From positions 149,999 to 213,998 of the forward strand of contig CAVVVN010000004.1 in assembly GCA_963751705.1 (NCBI GenBank): DNA of 64,000 nucleotides. The letters are read 5' to 3'. Positions 19,385-28,615 of this stretch are shown here, one piece after another (within the stretch, counting starts at the first letter, position 1; each line of letters starts with the position of its first letter). The stretch is from an uncultured Bacteroidales bacterium (GTDB taxonomy: Bacteria; Bacteroidota; Bacteroidia; Bacteroidales; GCA-2748055). The notes beneath the pieces are model-generated. The model was not told where the DNA came from, made no database searches, and was given only the letters and a program-made list of their open reading frames with translations. Made by a program: the position numbers and the translations under genes.

Positions 19385-21013
19385 ATGAAGAAACTGATAC
19401 TTTTTTTTATTCTCATACTGCTTTCGCTGGGTGTTAGGGCCCAGAAGATTGCCGAAGGAGTATACTGGGTATATTTCAGTGACAAGGCCGGGAACGGGTA
19501 CCAGGTCAAGCAGCCGGAGCAGTTTCTGTCCGACCGTTCTGTAAACAGAAGGGCCTTACAACAATTGGCGGTTGATCCGCTGGACCTTCCGGTAAATCCT
19601 GCCTATCTTCAGGAGATCAGGGACATGGGTGTGATAATCAAGCACGTCTCCCGGTGGCTGAACGGGATCGCCATGATCCAGATGGATGAGGAGCTGTTTA
19701 ACGAGGTACTGCAAAAATCCTTCACCGACACGGTTCCCTGGAAGCCTGAAAAGCTAACACTCCACTTTCCCCCGACTACTGGTCAGGCCAGGTTTTTTCC
19801 ACCCCTGGCGCAGGCCCCATCTTTCGATTACGGGATAGCCAGGGAGCAGGTTGAGATGCTCAGAACAGATCAACTGCATGCTATGGGCTATACCGGCGGA
19901 GGGGTATGGATCGGGGTGCTGGATGCCGGATTTTTCAACGTGGATAGTTTGCCCTCATTTCTTCCCTTGCTGGATGAAGAACGAATCCTGGGAACCAGGA
20001 ATTATGTCAACGGGACTTCCATATTTCGTCAGAGCAATTCCCACGGCATGTCTGTACTCTCCCTCATGGCAGGAGAGTGGGATGGAAATATGGTGGGAAC
20101 TGCTCCACATGCCAGCTACCTGCTTTGCATGACTGAGGATCCGGTGCAGGAAACCCGTATCGAGGAGCTTGCCTGGATTGAAGCAGCCGAGTATGCCGAC
20201 AGCCTGGGGGTGGATGTGCTCAACACCTCCCTGGGGTACTCCGAGTTTGATGGAGGGATCTATGACTATAGCTACAGTGACATGGACGGAGTAAGCAGTT
20301 TCATCTCCAGGGCTGCATCACTGACGGCCTCCAGAGGGATGATCCTCTGTAACAGTGCCGGTAACTCCGGGGACGACGAATGGTTCTATGTCACTGCCCC
20401 GGCGGATGCTACGGATATCCTCGCTGTTGGAGCAGTCGACAGTACCAATCTGCTCGCCAGCTTCAGTTCAAGGGGACCCTCCTTTGATTCCCGTATAAAG
20501 CCGGATGTGACTGCCATGGGGAAGGCCACGGGAGTACAGCACCGGAGTGGCGGATTAGCCAGGGGCAACGGAACCTCTTATGCTTCACCGCTTTTGGCGG
20601 GATCGGTCGCCACCCTCTGGCAGGCCTTTCCGGACCTGCCAGCTAACGAGCTGATATTCAACATAAAACAGAGTGGACACCTTTCCGCGAGACCAGATTC
20701 AAATTATGGCTTTGGAACCCCCAATATGCTCTATGCCTACCATAGCATTACCGGGATCCCGGCCCGGATGAAAAGCGGTGAGATGGAGATATGGCCCAAT
20801 CCTGCCACAGACAGGATCATGATCAGGATCCCTGAAACACTATCCGGCCTTCAGCAGGTCCGCTTATATGATATGAGCGGGAAATTGACTCTTCTTCAGG
20901 AACTGGAGCTTCCGGGTGCATTGATCCTTCCGGCCAGTATGAAGAGTGGGATCTATATTACAGAGATCCGGACCCCGGCTTTTATATACAGGGGTCGTCT
21001 AATCAAACAGTAA
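19385..21013 (+). CDS. S8-family (subtilisin-like) serine peptidase with a T9SS C-terminal sorting domain.
   Basis: Catalytic triad contexts GVLDAGF (Asp), SNSHGMSV (His) and GNGTSYASPLLAG (Ser). The C-terminal ~80 aa (IWPNPATDRIMIRIP...GIYITEIRT...) resembles the Por secretion tail. Confidence 0.88.
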   Translation: MKKLILFFILILLSLGVRAQKIAEGVYWVYFSDKAGNGYQVKQPEQFLSDRSVNRRALQQLAVDPLDLPVNPAYLQEIRDMGVIIKHVSRWLNGIAMIQMDEELFNEVLQKSFTDTVPWKPEKLTLHFPPTTGQARFFPPLAQAPSFDYGIAREQVEMLRTDQLHAMGYTGGGVWIGVLDAGFFNVDSLPSFLPLLDEERILGTRNYVNGTSIFRQSNSHGMSVLSLMAGEWDGNMVGTAPHASYLLCMTEDPVQETRIEELAWIEAAEYADSLGVDVLNTSLGYSEFDGGIYDYSYSDMDGVSSFISRAASLTASRGMILCNSAGNSGDDEWFYVTAPADATDILAVGAVDSTNLLASFSSRGPSFDSRIKPDVTAMGKATGVQHRSGGLARGNGTSYASPLLAGSVATLWQAFPDLPANELIFNIKQSGHLSARPDSNYGFGTPNMLYAYHSITGIPARMKSGEMEIWPNPATDRIMIRIPETLSGLQQVRLYDMSGKLTLLQELELPGALILPASMKSGIYITEIRTPAFIYRGRLIKQ

Positions 21014-22275
21014 TGCCCGACAAATATTGTTCATTATCGGAGCTGCTCGGACAGGTAAAGGGGGTGCTGGAAAATGGACTCCCCGGCCACTTCTGGGTGA
21101 TTGGCGAGATTATGGAGCTGCATGAGAACCGCCATTGCTACCTGGAGCTTGTTGAAAAAAGCGAAGAGAAAAACGCACTGCTCGCCAAGGCCAGAGCAAC
21201 CATCTGGGCTTCCCGTTTCGGCATGCTGCGTCCTTTTTTCGAAGCCTCCACGGGCACCACCCTGAAAAGCGGGATCAAGATCCTCTGCAAGGCCTCCATT
21301 GAATTCCACCCCCTTTACGGACTTAGCCTGAACATTACGGATATTGATCCTTCGTATACTATAGGGGATCTGAGCCGTAAAAAACAGGAGGTGATACAAC
21401 GGCTTCGTAAAGAGGGAGTCTATGATATGAACAGGGAGCTACCCTTTCCATTAGTTCCACAGCGCATTGCAGTTATTTCCTCTGAAAGTGCTGCAGGTTA
21501 CGGGGATTTTATGAATTCCATCCTGGAGAACAGACATGGCTTTCACTTCTACAGCAAACTGTTCCCATCGCTGATGCAGGGCGAGGAGGCGCCCGGGTCC
21601 ATCATAGCTGCCATGGAAAACATCTATGAATCGGAATCCGATTTCGATTGTGTGATCATCATCCGGGGGGGCGGATCGAAAGCTGACCTGGAGAGTTTTA
21701 ATCAATACGAACTGGCCTATTTCATTACTCAGTTTCCACTTCCGGTCCTCACCGGGATCGGTCATGAAAGAGATGAATCGGTCGCCGATATGGTAGCCCA
21801 TCGCGGATTAAAAACACCCACCGCTGTGGCAGAATTCCTGATAGACCAGCTGCTGGCCTTCGAATTCCGGCTCTCCGCCCTTTTGGACAGGCTCTCCACC
21901 CGGGTAAATGGCCGGGTGCAGGCAGATATGGCCCGTCTGGACAGGTTCAGGGGTGAGCTGGTGCACTTAAGCAGGGCATTGCTCCAAAATCAATCGGAAT
22001 ATCTTCGCCACACCAGTCAGCGAATGCGCAGAGAACTTGGCAATCAGCTGGACAGGAAAAGGGATTATCTGACCCATCTGAAGAAACGGACCGAACTGGT
22101 CGATCCACAGAATATCCTGCTGAGGGGTTATTCCATCACCCTGGTGGAGGGAAAATCTTTCGTCTCCATAGAGGATGTCAAACCGGGATCTAAGCTTGAA
22201 ACCCGGCTCCATAAGGGGACTATTTTCAGTAAAGTTGAACAAATCACCAAGCGAAATGACAAAAGAGAAGATTAG
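21013..22275 (+). CDS. xseA: Exodeoxyribonuclease VII large subunit.
   Basis: An OB-fold N-terminus (SLSELLGQVKGVLENGLPGHFWVIGEI), RIAVISSESAAGYGDF, IIIRGGGSKADL and GIGHERD. Confidence 0.9.
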   Translation: MPDKYCSLSELLGQVKGVLENGLPGHFWVIGEIMELHENRHCYLELVEKSEEKNALLAKARATIWASRFGMLRPFFEASTGTTLKSGIKILCKASIEFHPLYGLSLNITDIDPSYTIGDLSRKKQEVIQRLRKEGVYDMNRELPFPLVPQRIAVISSESAAGYGDFMNSILENRHGFHFYSKLFPSLMQGEEAPGSIIAAMENIYESESDFDCVIIIRGGGSKADLESFNQYELAYFITQFPLPVLTGIGHERDESVADMVAHRGLKTPTAVAEFLIDQLLAFEFRLSALLDRLSTRVNGRVQADMARLDRFRGELVHLSRALLQNQSEYLRHTSQRMRRELGNQLDRKRDYLTHLKKRTELVDPQNILLRGYSITLVEGKSFVSIEDVKPGSKLETRLHKGTIFSKVEQITKRNDKRED

Positions 22276-22465
22276 TTACAGTGATGCAATCGCCAAAATA
22301 GAATCGATCCTACAGATGCTGGAGGATGGAAAGCTTACTGTGGATGAACTGTCAGAAAAGGTGAGTCAGGTCACTGATCTGATCAAACTCTGCCGTGACA
22401 GACTCTATCTTACTGAAAAACAAATTAATAAGACCCTGGAAGACGAAGAGGCAGGCTCTCCTTAA
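22256..22465 (+). CDS. xseB: Exodeoxyribonuclease VII small subunit.
   Basis: From the internal ATG: MTKEKISYSDAIAKIESILQMLEDGKLTVDELSEKVSQ... (XseB pattern). It overlaps the xseA 3' end by 20 nt. Confidence 0.85.
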   Translation: MTKEKISYSDAIAKIESILQMLEDGKLTVDELSEKVSQVTDLIKLCRDRLYLTEKQINKTLEDEEAGSP

Positions 22466-22485
22466 ATGTTGCCCGCAGGTATTCT

Positions 22486-25400
22486 TCAGATATGACGGGC
22501 CATGGCATCAAGCAGTTCGCTGACCTTGATAGGTTTAGCCAGGTAATCATCACAACCCGCCTGCCGGCTAATCTCCCTCTCACCCGACATGGCATAGGCC
22601 GTTTGGGCAATCACGGGAAGATCGGGCCGCTCTTTCTTCATCATCCTGGTACACTCGTACCCATTTACAAGAGGCATATTGATATCCATCAACACCAGGT
22701 CCAGATCCTCATGCTCCCTGAACAGGGCCATGGTCTCCTCCCCGTCTTTTGACCAGACCACCTGGATCCCCGTCTCTTTAAGGGCTTCATACAGAAAATA
22801 GTAATTAGATTGGTCATCCTCAGCAATCAGGACTTTCTTGTCTTCCCACAATCTGAGATTGTTGGTGGGGGTTCTCAGGGCGGCCTCGTACTTCAGTGGT
22901 ACTTCATTTCTGGGAAGAATAAACCAGAAGGTGGATCCCTCTCCTGAGGAGGAATGCACCCCGATTTCCCCACCCAGGATCTCCGTCAGATTTTTGGAGA
23001 TGGCCAGGCCCAGTCCCGTACCTCCATAGAGCTTGGTCTTGGTTTCATGACCCTGCATAAACCGGTGAAAGATCACTTTCTGCTTCTCTTCCCGGATCCC
23101 GATTCCTGAATCTTTCACATAAAAGTAGACACCCTCCGGATGCTCTTTCAATCCAAGAACGATCTCTCCCGCTTCGGTGAATTTTACCGCGTTACTCATC
23201 AGATTCACCAGGATCTGTTTCAGGCGGAAGGGATCGGTGTAAATGGCCAGCTCATTCAGGGGCCAGTCCCATTGCACTATGACGTTTACTCCCTCTTTGC
23301 CGGCCCGCTTGATATTCTGAAGAAACATCAGCTGCAACTCCTTAAACAGGTCTCTTACAAAGCACTCTGCAATATGGACATTTACCTGTCCGGCTTCAAT
23401 CTTGGCAATATCAATGATATCATCGATCAGTCGCATCAGATCGTCGGCTCCCTGGTTGATCTGAGCAATAAAGTCCCTTCGTTCTTCGGGACCTAAGTGC
23501 TCATCTGTAAGCAGATCAGAAAATCCCACAATGGCGTTCATGGGGGTGCGGATCTCATGGGACATATTCGAGAGGAAGGCGGTTTTTAGCCGGTCCGATT
23601 CCTCCGCTTTAAATTTGGCTTCCAGTATTTTCCGTTCTGCTTCCTTTCGATTAGAGATATCCTTCACGATAACCACCATCGAATCGGGTTTCCCTTCCCG
23701 GCTAAATATGGCACCGGTGGAGACTTCGGCTTCAAAGCTCTTCCCGTCCGGCCGAACCACCCTATATTCCACGTTTTTTAAATACCCCTGTTCCCAGGTC
23801 CTCTTAAAATCCTGAACGGCTTTTCGCCAATCGTCGTTGTGTATGAAGCGGAATATTTTGTGTTTGTTAACCTGGTCAGCCTCCACTTGAAATGCCTCCA
23901 GAAAAGCACTGTTAAAGTCAACGATCAGGGCCTGGGTACCGACCACTATCATGGGATCGGGCGAGGATTCAAAAACTCTTCTCTGCCGCTCCTGGTTCAG
24001 TCGAATACTGTCCTGTTGCCTGCGCCTTTCAATAGCCAGTGCAATCTGGTCGCTGGCAAACTCCAGTAGTTCAGCATCCGCTTGGGTATAAATAATCTGC
24101 TCCGAATAGGATTGAACCGCGAATACTCCAATGGTCTTGCCTTCATGTTTGAGTGGAACACCCAGCCAGCAAACACAGGGGGCCCCGACCGGTTCTATCT
24201 CTCCCTGGATGGTCAAGGCTTTCTCCCGTTCATTATCCACCAACTGGGCTTCACCGGTCCTGATGACATAACTGGTCAGCGTTTTCCTGGCCGGGAACTC
24301 GGTAAATGCATCTTTTTCATCTTCCATAAAGGGAAGAGTAAGGGTATCCGTCTCTTCGTGATACAGGGCTAAAAAACAGTTGGTTGTATCCACCACCTGT
24401 CCAAGTGATTTCCTGATCATCACGTACAACTCTTCCAGACTATGAGTGCTGTTTACTGCATTGGAAATTTCAAACAGCACCTGCTTCACCAGATCATTGC
24501 GCTTTCGCTCATGGATATTCTCATGGATTCCTGTAAGTCGTGTCGTATTGCCATCAGCATCAAAACTGACCGCTTTTCCCTGGCTTCTTATCCATACCCA
24601 GGAACCATCTTTATGCTTGAGCCTGAATTCTATATCGAAGGCATCCTCCCGGTTTTTTATCACTTCCTTTACCCTGTCGTAGGATCTGTCTTTGTCCTCC
24701 GGATGCAGGAGCAAAATCCATGTATCCAGAACATGGTCCAGTTCGCCTTCTCGGTAACCCAGCATCTGTCCCCATATGGGAGAAAAGTAGACCTCGTTGT
24801 TCACCAGGTTCCAATCCCACAGTCCCAGGTTGGTGGCAGAAAGGGCCATGTTCAGCCGCTCCTCTGATCTTCGAAGGGCATCCTCCGCAATCCTGGAATC
24901 AGTGATATCCCTGGCAACCCCAATGACTGATTGGACAGCTTCGGAGATCCCGGTCTCAGGATAAAGCCGCCATTCGAAGGTGATCTTTTTATCGATCCCT
25001 TCCAACTCAAATATGACAGTTTTAGGGTTCCCCGATGTAAAAACACTTTCCAGTGAATCCTCCCAAAGGTCCACCAGCTCTTCGGGAAAAACTCCCATTT
25101 CGCGGTGGGTCCTATTTAAGAACAGCTTGGGAGAGAGCCCGGTATGGCGTTCTACGGCACCATTTACAAACAGGTTCCTATACTGCCGGTCGAAATGCAT
25201 GATCACATCCGGAGAGTTTTCAGCCAGCGCCAGGAAATGCTCCTGGGATTCAGTTAGTGAACTCTCCAGTTTCTTCTGTTCACTGATATCCCTGGTTACC
25301 AGCAGAATGTAGGGTTTAGTGTCAATCAGGACCACCGATATGGAATTGAGGGTCCAGAACCGCTTACCAGACTTTGTGATATTGCGCCATTCAAAGGAGA

Positions 25401-26049
25401 CCGGATCTCCGTCTCTTGCCTTTTTAATATGTGCCCGGACTATATTCAGGGAATAGCCTTCATCTACAGCTGAATAGAGCTCCAGGTCCAACGATTTCAT
25501 ATCTGACTCATCCGCCTCAAACATCTCGAGGACCCGGGGATTATATTCTGTAATTTTCCTGGTCTCAAAATCGAAGAGAAGGATGCCATCGTGGACCGAT
25601 TCAAAGATGGACATATAACGGTCCCTCGATTCTTTTAAAGCTTGTTCAGCTTCCTTCCTCTTCCTGAAAAGATCTGCATACTTCTGTGAGGAGTAGACCG
25701 ATGGAACCAGTTTATACAGCTGCTCTTTCTGCACGAAGTCCCACACCCCGGCGTTTAAGCTGCTGGCGGCAATCCTTACATTCTTTTCCCCCACCAGATA
25801 AATAAGTGGGATTTCCGATAGAAAAGGCTCCATGACCTCTTCAATGGCTTGGCGCAACTGATCAGGCAGATCAAAATCTGAGATCACCACATCGGGTGGA
25901 TCCGTTTTCAATCTCTCTTTTACCTCTTTGCTCTCTTTATAGTGCCTGTGCTCCACATCAAATTTACCCTCTTTCAGGGTAATCAGCACATCATCTGACA
26001 CCAGAGGGTCCAGGTACCAAAAACAGGCACTTAGTTTCAGACCGGCCAT
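22486..26049 (-). CDS. Hybrid sensor histidine kinase (1187 aa): N-terminal receiver-like domain, multiple PAS domains, GAF, HisKA, HATPase_c and a C-terminal receiver.
   Basis: N-terminal DVVISDFDLPD...PLIYLVGE...DFVQK. H-box FLSNMSHEIRTPMNAI. G-boxes DSGIGI and GGTGLGLAISK. C-terminal REC VLIAEDDQSNYYF...DLVLMDINMP...AQTAYA...YLAKP. Confidence 0.9.
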   Translation of the reverse strand: MAGLKLSACFWYLDPLVSDDVLITLKEGKFDVEHRHYKESKEVKERLKTDPPDVVISDFDLPDQLRQAIEEVMEPFLSEIPLIYLVGEKNVRIAASSLNAGVWDFVQKEQLYKLVPSVYSSQKYADLFRKRKEAEQALKESRDRYMSIFESVHDGILLFDFETRKITEYNPRVLEMFEADESDMKSLDLELYSAVDEGYSLNIVRAHIKKARDGDPVSFEWRNITKSGKRFWTLNSISVVLIDTKPYILLVTRDISEQKKLESSLTESQEHFLALAENSPDVIMHFDRQYRNLFVNGAVERHTGLSPKLFLNRTHREMGVFPEELVDLWEDSLESVFTSGNPKTVIFELEGIDKKITFEWRLYPETGISEAVQSVIGVARDITDSRIAEDALRRSEERLNMALSATNLGLWDWNLVNNEVYFSPIWGQMLGYREGELDHVLDTWILLLHPEDKDRSYDRVKEVIKNREDAFDIEFRLKHKDGSWVWIRSQGKAVSFDADGNTTRLTGIHENIHERKRNDLVKQVLFEISNAVNSTHSLEELYVMIRKSLGQVVDTTNCFLALYHEETDTLTLPFMEDEKDAFTEFPARKTLTSYVIRTGEAQLVDNEREKALTIQGEIEPVGAPCVCWLGVPLKHEGKTIGVFAVQSYSEQIIYTQADAELLEFASDQIALAIERRRQQDSIRLNQERQRRVFESSPDPMIVVGTQALIVDFNSAFLEAFQVEADQVNKHKIFRFIHNDDWRKAVQDFKRTWEQGYLKNVEYRVVRPDGKSFEAEVSTGAIFSREGKPDSMVVIVKDISNRKEAERKILEAKFKAEESDRLKTAFLSNMSHEIRTPMNAIVGFSDLLTDEHLGPEERRDFIAQINQGADDLMRLIDDIIDIAKIEAGQVNVHIAECFVRDLFKELQLMFLQNIKRAGKEGVNVIVQWDWPLNELAIYTDPFRLKQILVNLMSNAVKFTEAGEIVLGLKEHPEGVYFYVKDSGIGIREEKQKVIFHRFMQGHETKTKLYGGTGLGLAISKNLTEILGGEIGVHSSSGEGSTFWFILPRNEVPLKYEAALRTPTNNLRLWEDKKVLIAEDDQSNYYFLYEALKETGIQVVWSKDGEETMALFREHEDLDLVLMDINMPLVNGYECTRMMKKERPDLPVIAQTAYAMSGEREISRQAGCDDYLAKPIKVSELLDAMARHI

Positions 26050-26168
26050 CGGGTAAGGTTCATTCCATGGTTATGCTTCGAAAAATAGACAAAAATAATT
26101 GAAACTCCATGATTATTAATGCACTGTTATTACGTATTAGATTGTATTTTTGTTGCAGTTTAAGCGCC

Positions 26169-27644
26169 ATGAACTATTCGGATCAACTGCACCATAAAGT
26201 CTTTCAGATTATTGCATCACTGGTGGCTGAGGCGCAAACCCCTTCTTATGTGATTGGTGGTTTTGTTCGCGATCTGCTTCTGCAGGGCAGGGGAAATACT
26301 CCAAAAGATATTGATATTGTGGTAGTTGGAAGCGGAATTGAGCTGGCTGAAAAGGTCAGGCGCTCCATCGGAAAGGAGGTGCCACTCACGGTGTTCAAAA
26401 ACTTCGGGACAGCCATGATAAAGTGGGGGGATACGGAGATTGAATTTGTGGGTGCCAGGAAAGAGTCATACCGGCGAAACTCCAGGAAACCGTTGGTGGA
26501 GAATGGCAGCCTGGAGGATGATCAGAAGCGCAGGGATTTCACAATCAACGCCCTTGCCATCTCTCTGAATCCCGAAGATTATGGAGAGCTTCTGGATCCA
26601 TTTGGAGGGCTGCAACACCTGGAAGAGAAGTTGCTTGTTACTCCGCTGGAACCTGGCCGGACATTTTCGGACGACCCGCTGAGAATGTTAAGAGGCATAC
26701 GCTTCGCCACCAGGCTCGGCTTCGATATCGAAGCGGAAACCCTGAAGGCCATGGCCCAGAACCGCGAGCGGATCAGTATTGTCTCCCAGGAACGGATAAG
26801 TGATGAACTGAACAAGATCATTGGATCAAAGCAACCGGGCAGGGGCTTCCTGCTTCTGGATCAGACCGGACTTCTTGAACTTATATTCCCTGAACTTCAC
26901 CAGATGAAGGGGGTGGAAGAGAAGGATGAACAGCGTCATAAGGATAACTTCCTGCATACCCTGCAGGTACTGGATAATATTTCCCTGAAGACGGACAAGC
27001 TCTGGCTCAGATGGGCCGCACTGCTCCACGATATAGCCAAACCCCGGACCAGAAAGTTTGAACCGGGTACCGGATGGACCTTTCATGCCCATGAGTTTAT
27101 TGGGGCAAAGATGATCCCGGGAATCTTCAAGAGAATGAAACTGCCGCTCAATGAAAAGATGAAATATGTGCAGAAGCTGGTTCAACTTCATCTGCGGCCC
27201 ATGGTACTCTCACAGGATATTGTCACCGATACAGCGATCAGGCGATTGATCTTCGATGCCGGAGAGGACCTGGAGGATCTGATGACCCTGTGTGAAGCCG
27301 ATATTACTTCCAAAAATGAACGGACCGTCAAACGGCATTTGAAGAATTTCCAGATTGTAAGGGAAAAAATCCTGGAGCTTGAGGAGAAGGATTCTATCCG
27401 CAATTTCCAGCCACCTATTTCAGGTGATGATATTCAGAAAGTATTCGGAATCCCGCCCTCTCGTCCTGTGGGTGAGATCAAAAATGCCATCAAGGAAGCC
27501 ATACTAGAGGGAGAGATCCCCAATGAGTTCGAGGCAGCCTACCGGCTTATGCTGGACGTGGGCCTGGCCCTGGGGCTCACTGTCCGTGCGGACCAGAGTC
27601 TGGAAAAAAAGAGAGATACACCACCAGGGGCAGGTGATCACTGA
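26169..27644 (+). CDS. PolyA polymerase / CCA-adding tRNA nucleotidyltransferase family protein with a C-terminal HD domain.
   Basis: YVIGGFVRDLLL...KDIDIVVVG (nucleotidyltransferase G-G/DxD), RRDFTINALA, DPLRMLRGIRFA, and HD region LLHDIAKP...H...GA. The ATG at 26169 is preferred. Confidence 0.85.
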   Translation: MNYSDQLHHKVFQIIASLVAEAQTPSYVIGGFVRDLLLQGRGNTPKDIDIVVVGSGIELAEKVRRSIGKEVPLTVFKNFGTAMIKWGDTEIEFVGARKESYRRNSRKPLVENGSLEDDQKRRDFTINALAISLNPEDYGELLDPFGGLQHLEEKLLVTPLEPGRTFSDDPLRMLRGIRFATRLGFDIEAETLKAMAQNRERISIVSQERISDELNKIIGSKQPGRGFLLLDQTGLLELIFPELHQMKGVEEKDEQRHKDNFLHTLQVLDNISLKTDKLWLRWAALLHDIAKPRTRKFEPGTGWTFHAHEFIGAKMIPGIFKRMKLPLNEKMKYVQKLVQLHLRPMVLSQDIVTDTAIRRLIFDAGEDLEDLMTLCEADITSKNERTVKRHLKNFQIVREKILELEEKDSIRNFQPPISGDDIQKVFGIPPSRPVGEIKNAIKEAILEGEIPNEFEAAYRLMLDVGLALGLTVRADQSLEKKRDTPPGAGDH

Positions 27645-28581
27645 TTCCTCCCCTGTATTGATAGCCTTCGTAGCTTCTGTTTGGCTTTAGCCCCCCGTAC
27701 TGCGTGTCCTCTGTCAACAAGGGGGAAAGTTGAAGCGTGTTTACCCTTAACAGGCAGGATCGTAGTGAAGTACTTACCAGGACCTGATCAATAAAGGTCC
27801 ATCTACCCCTGTATTTATAAGTGGATCTTCCATCATCCGGTAATAGGGAGCTCAGGGAGTCTCCGCCAAATCGGGCAAATCTCAAGGGCTCCATGGAGTA
27901 AGATTCAAACTCGTCATTAAAATCGCCTGCTGCCAGGAGCAGGGCCCTGCTCCTGGCACGGTATACCGAATCCAGACAACTTACCAGCTGCCCGGCCTGT
28001 GCTCTCCTTAACTTTGCAGTAGCACCTGCCCCACTGAATTTGGATAGCAGGTGCACCAGAAAGAGGTCCAGGGTATCGGCCCCCCAGGAGAGTGTCAGAT
28101 GCATCATATCCCTGGTGGTAAAAACCGGGGCCCTGAATGGGATACTTTCCCAAAGAACCGTGTTCATCCTCCCCGTCCGGCACAGGCAGGCCAGCTCCAT
28201 TCCCCGGTGATCCTGCCCCTCCTGGTGAAAATAGCTGTACTGGTAAGGTGAGAGGATGGGATGAGTGACGAGATCCTCCAGCACCTGTCCATTTTCCACC
28301 TCGCACAGTCCAACCAGTTCCGGAGCCTCTCCCCCTCCGGCTGCAATAATCACCTTTGCCAGGGCGGTGATCTTCTGCCGGTACCTGGACCAGGTCCAGT
28401 GGTGGAGCCCATCCGGCGTAAACCCGTCATCGCCCGGAAGAGAATCATCTTCCGGATAAAACAGGTTCTCCGGATTGTACCAGAGAAAGCAAAATTCAGC
28501 CCCTTTTTTACCCTGGGCAGACAGGTTCATAAGCAAACAAGGAAATAGGATATACAGCAGGATACAAGTAATGCGCTTCAT
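27577..28581 (-). CDS. Endonuclease/exonuclease/phosphatase (EEP) family protein, secreted.
   Basis: From the ATG at 28581: signal peptide MKRITCILLYILFPCLLMNLSAQ. Motifs LCEVEN, GDFND and C-terminal GGISDHLPLV. The last 68 nt overlap the convergent upstream gene. Confidence 0.75.
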   Translation of the reverse strand: MKRITCILLYILFPCLLMNLSAQGKKGAEFCFLWYNPENLFYPEDDSLPGDDGFTPDGLHHWTWSRYRQKITALAKVIIAAGGGEAPELVGLCEVENGQVLEDLVTHPILSPYQYSYFHQEGQDHRGMELACLCRTGRMNTVLWESIPFRAPVFTTRDMMHLTLSWGADTLDLFLVHLLSKFSGAGATAKLRRAQAGQLVSCLDSVYRARSRALLLAAGDFNDEFESYSMEPLRFARFGGDSLSSLLPDDGRSTYKYRGRWTFIDQVLVSTSLRSCLLRVNTLQLSPLLTEDTQYGGLKPNRSYEGYQYRGGISDHLPLVVYLSFFPDSGPHGQ

Positions 28582-28615
28582 AAGGATTAGATATGTGAAA
28601 GCGCCCCGGATCAGC

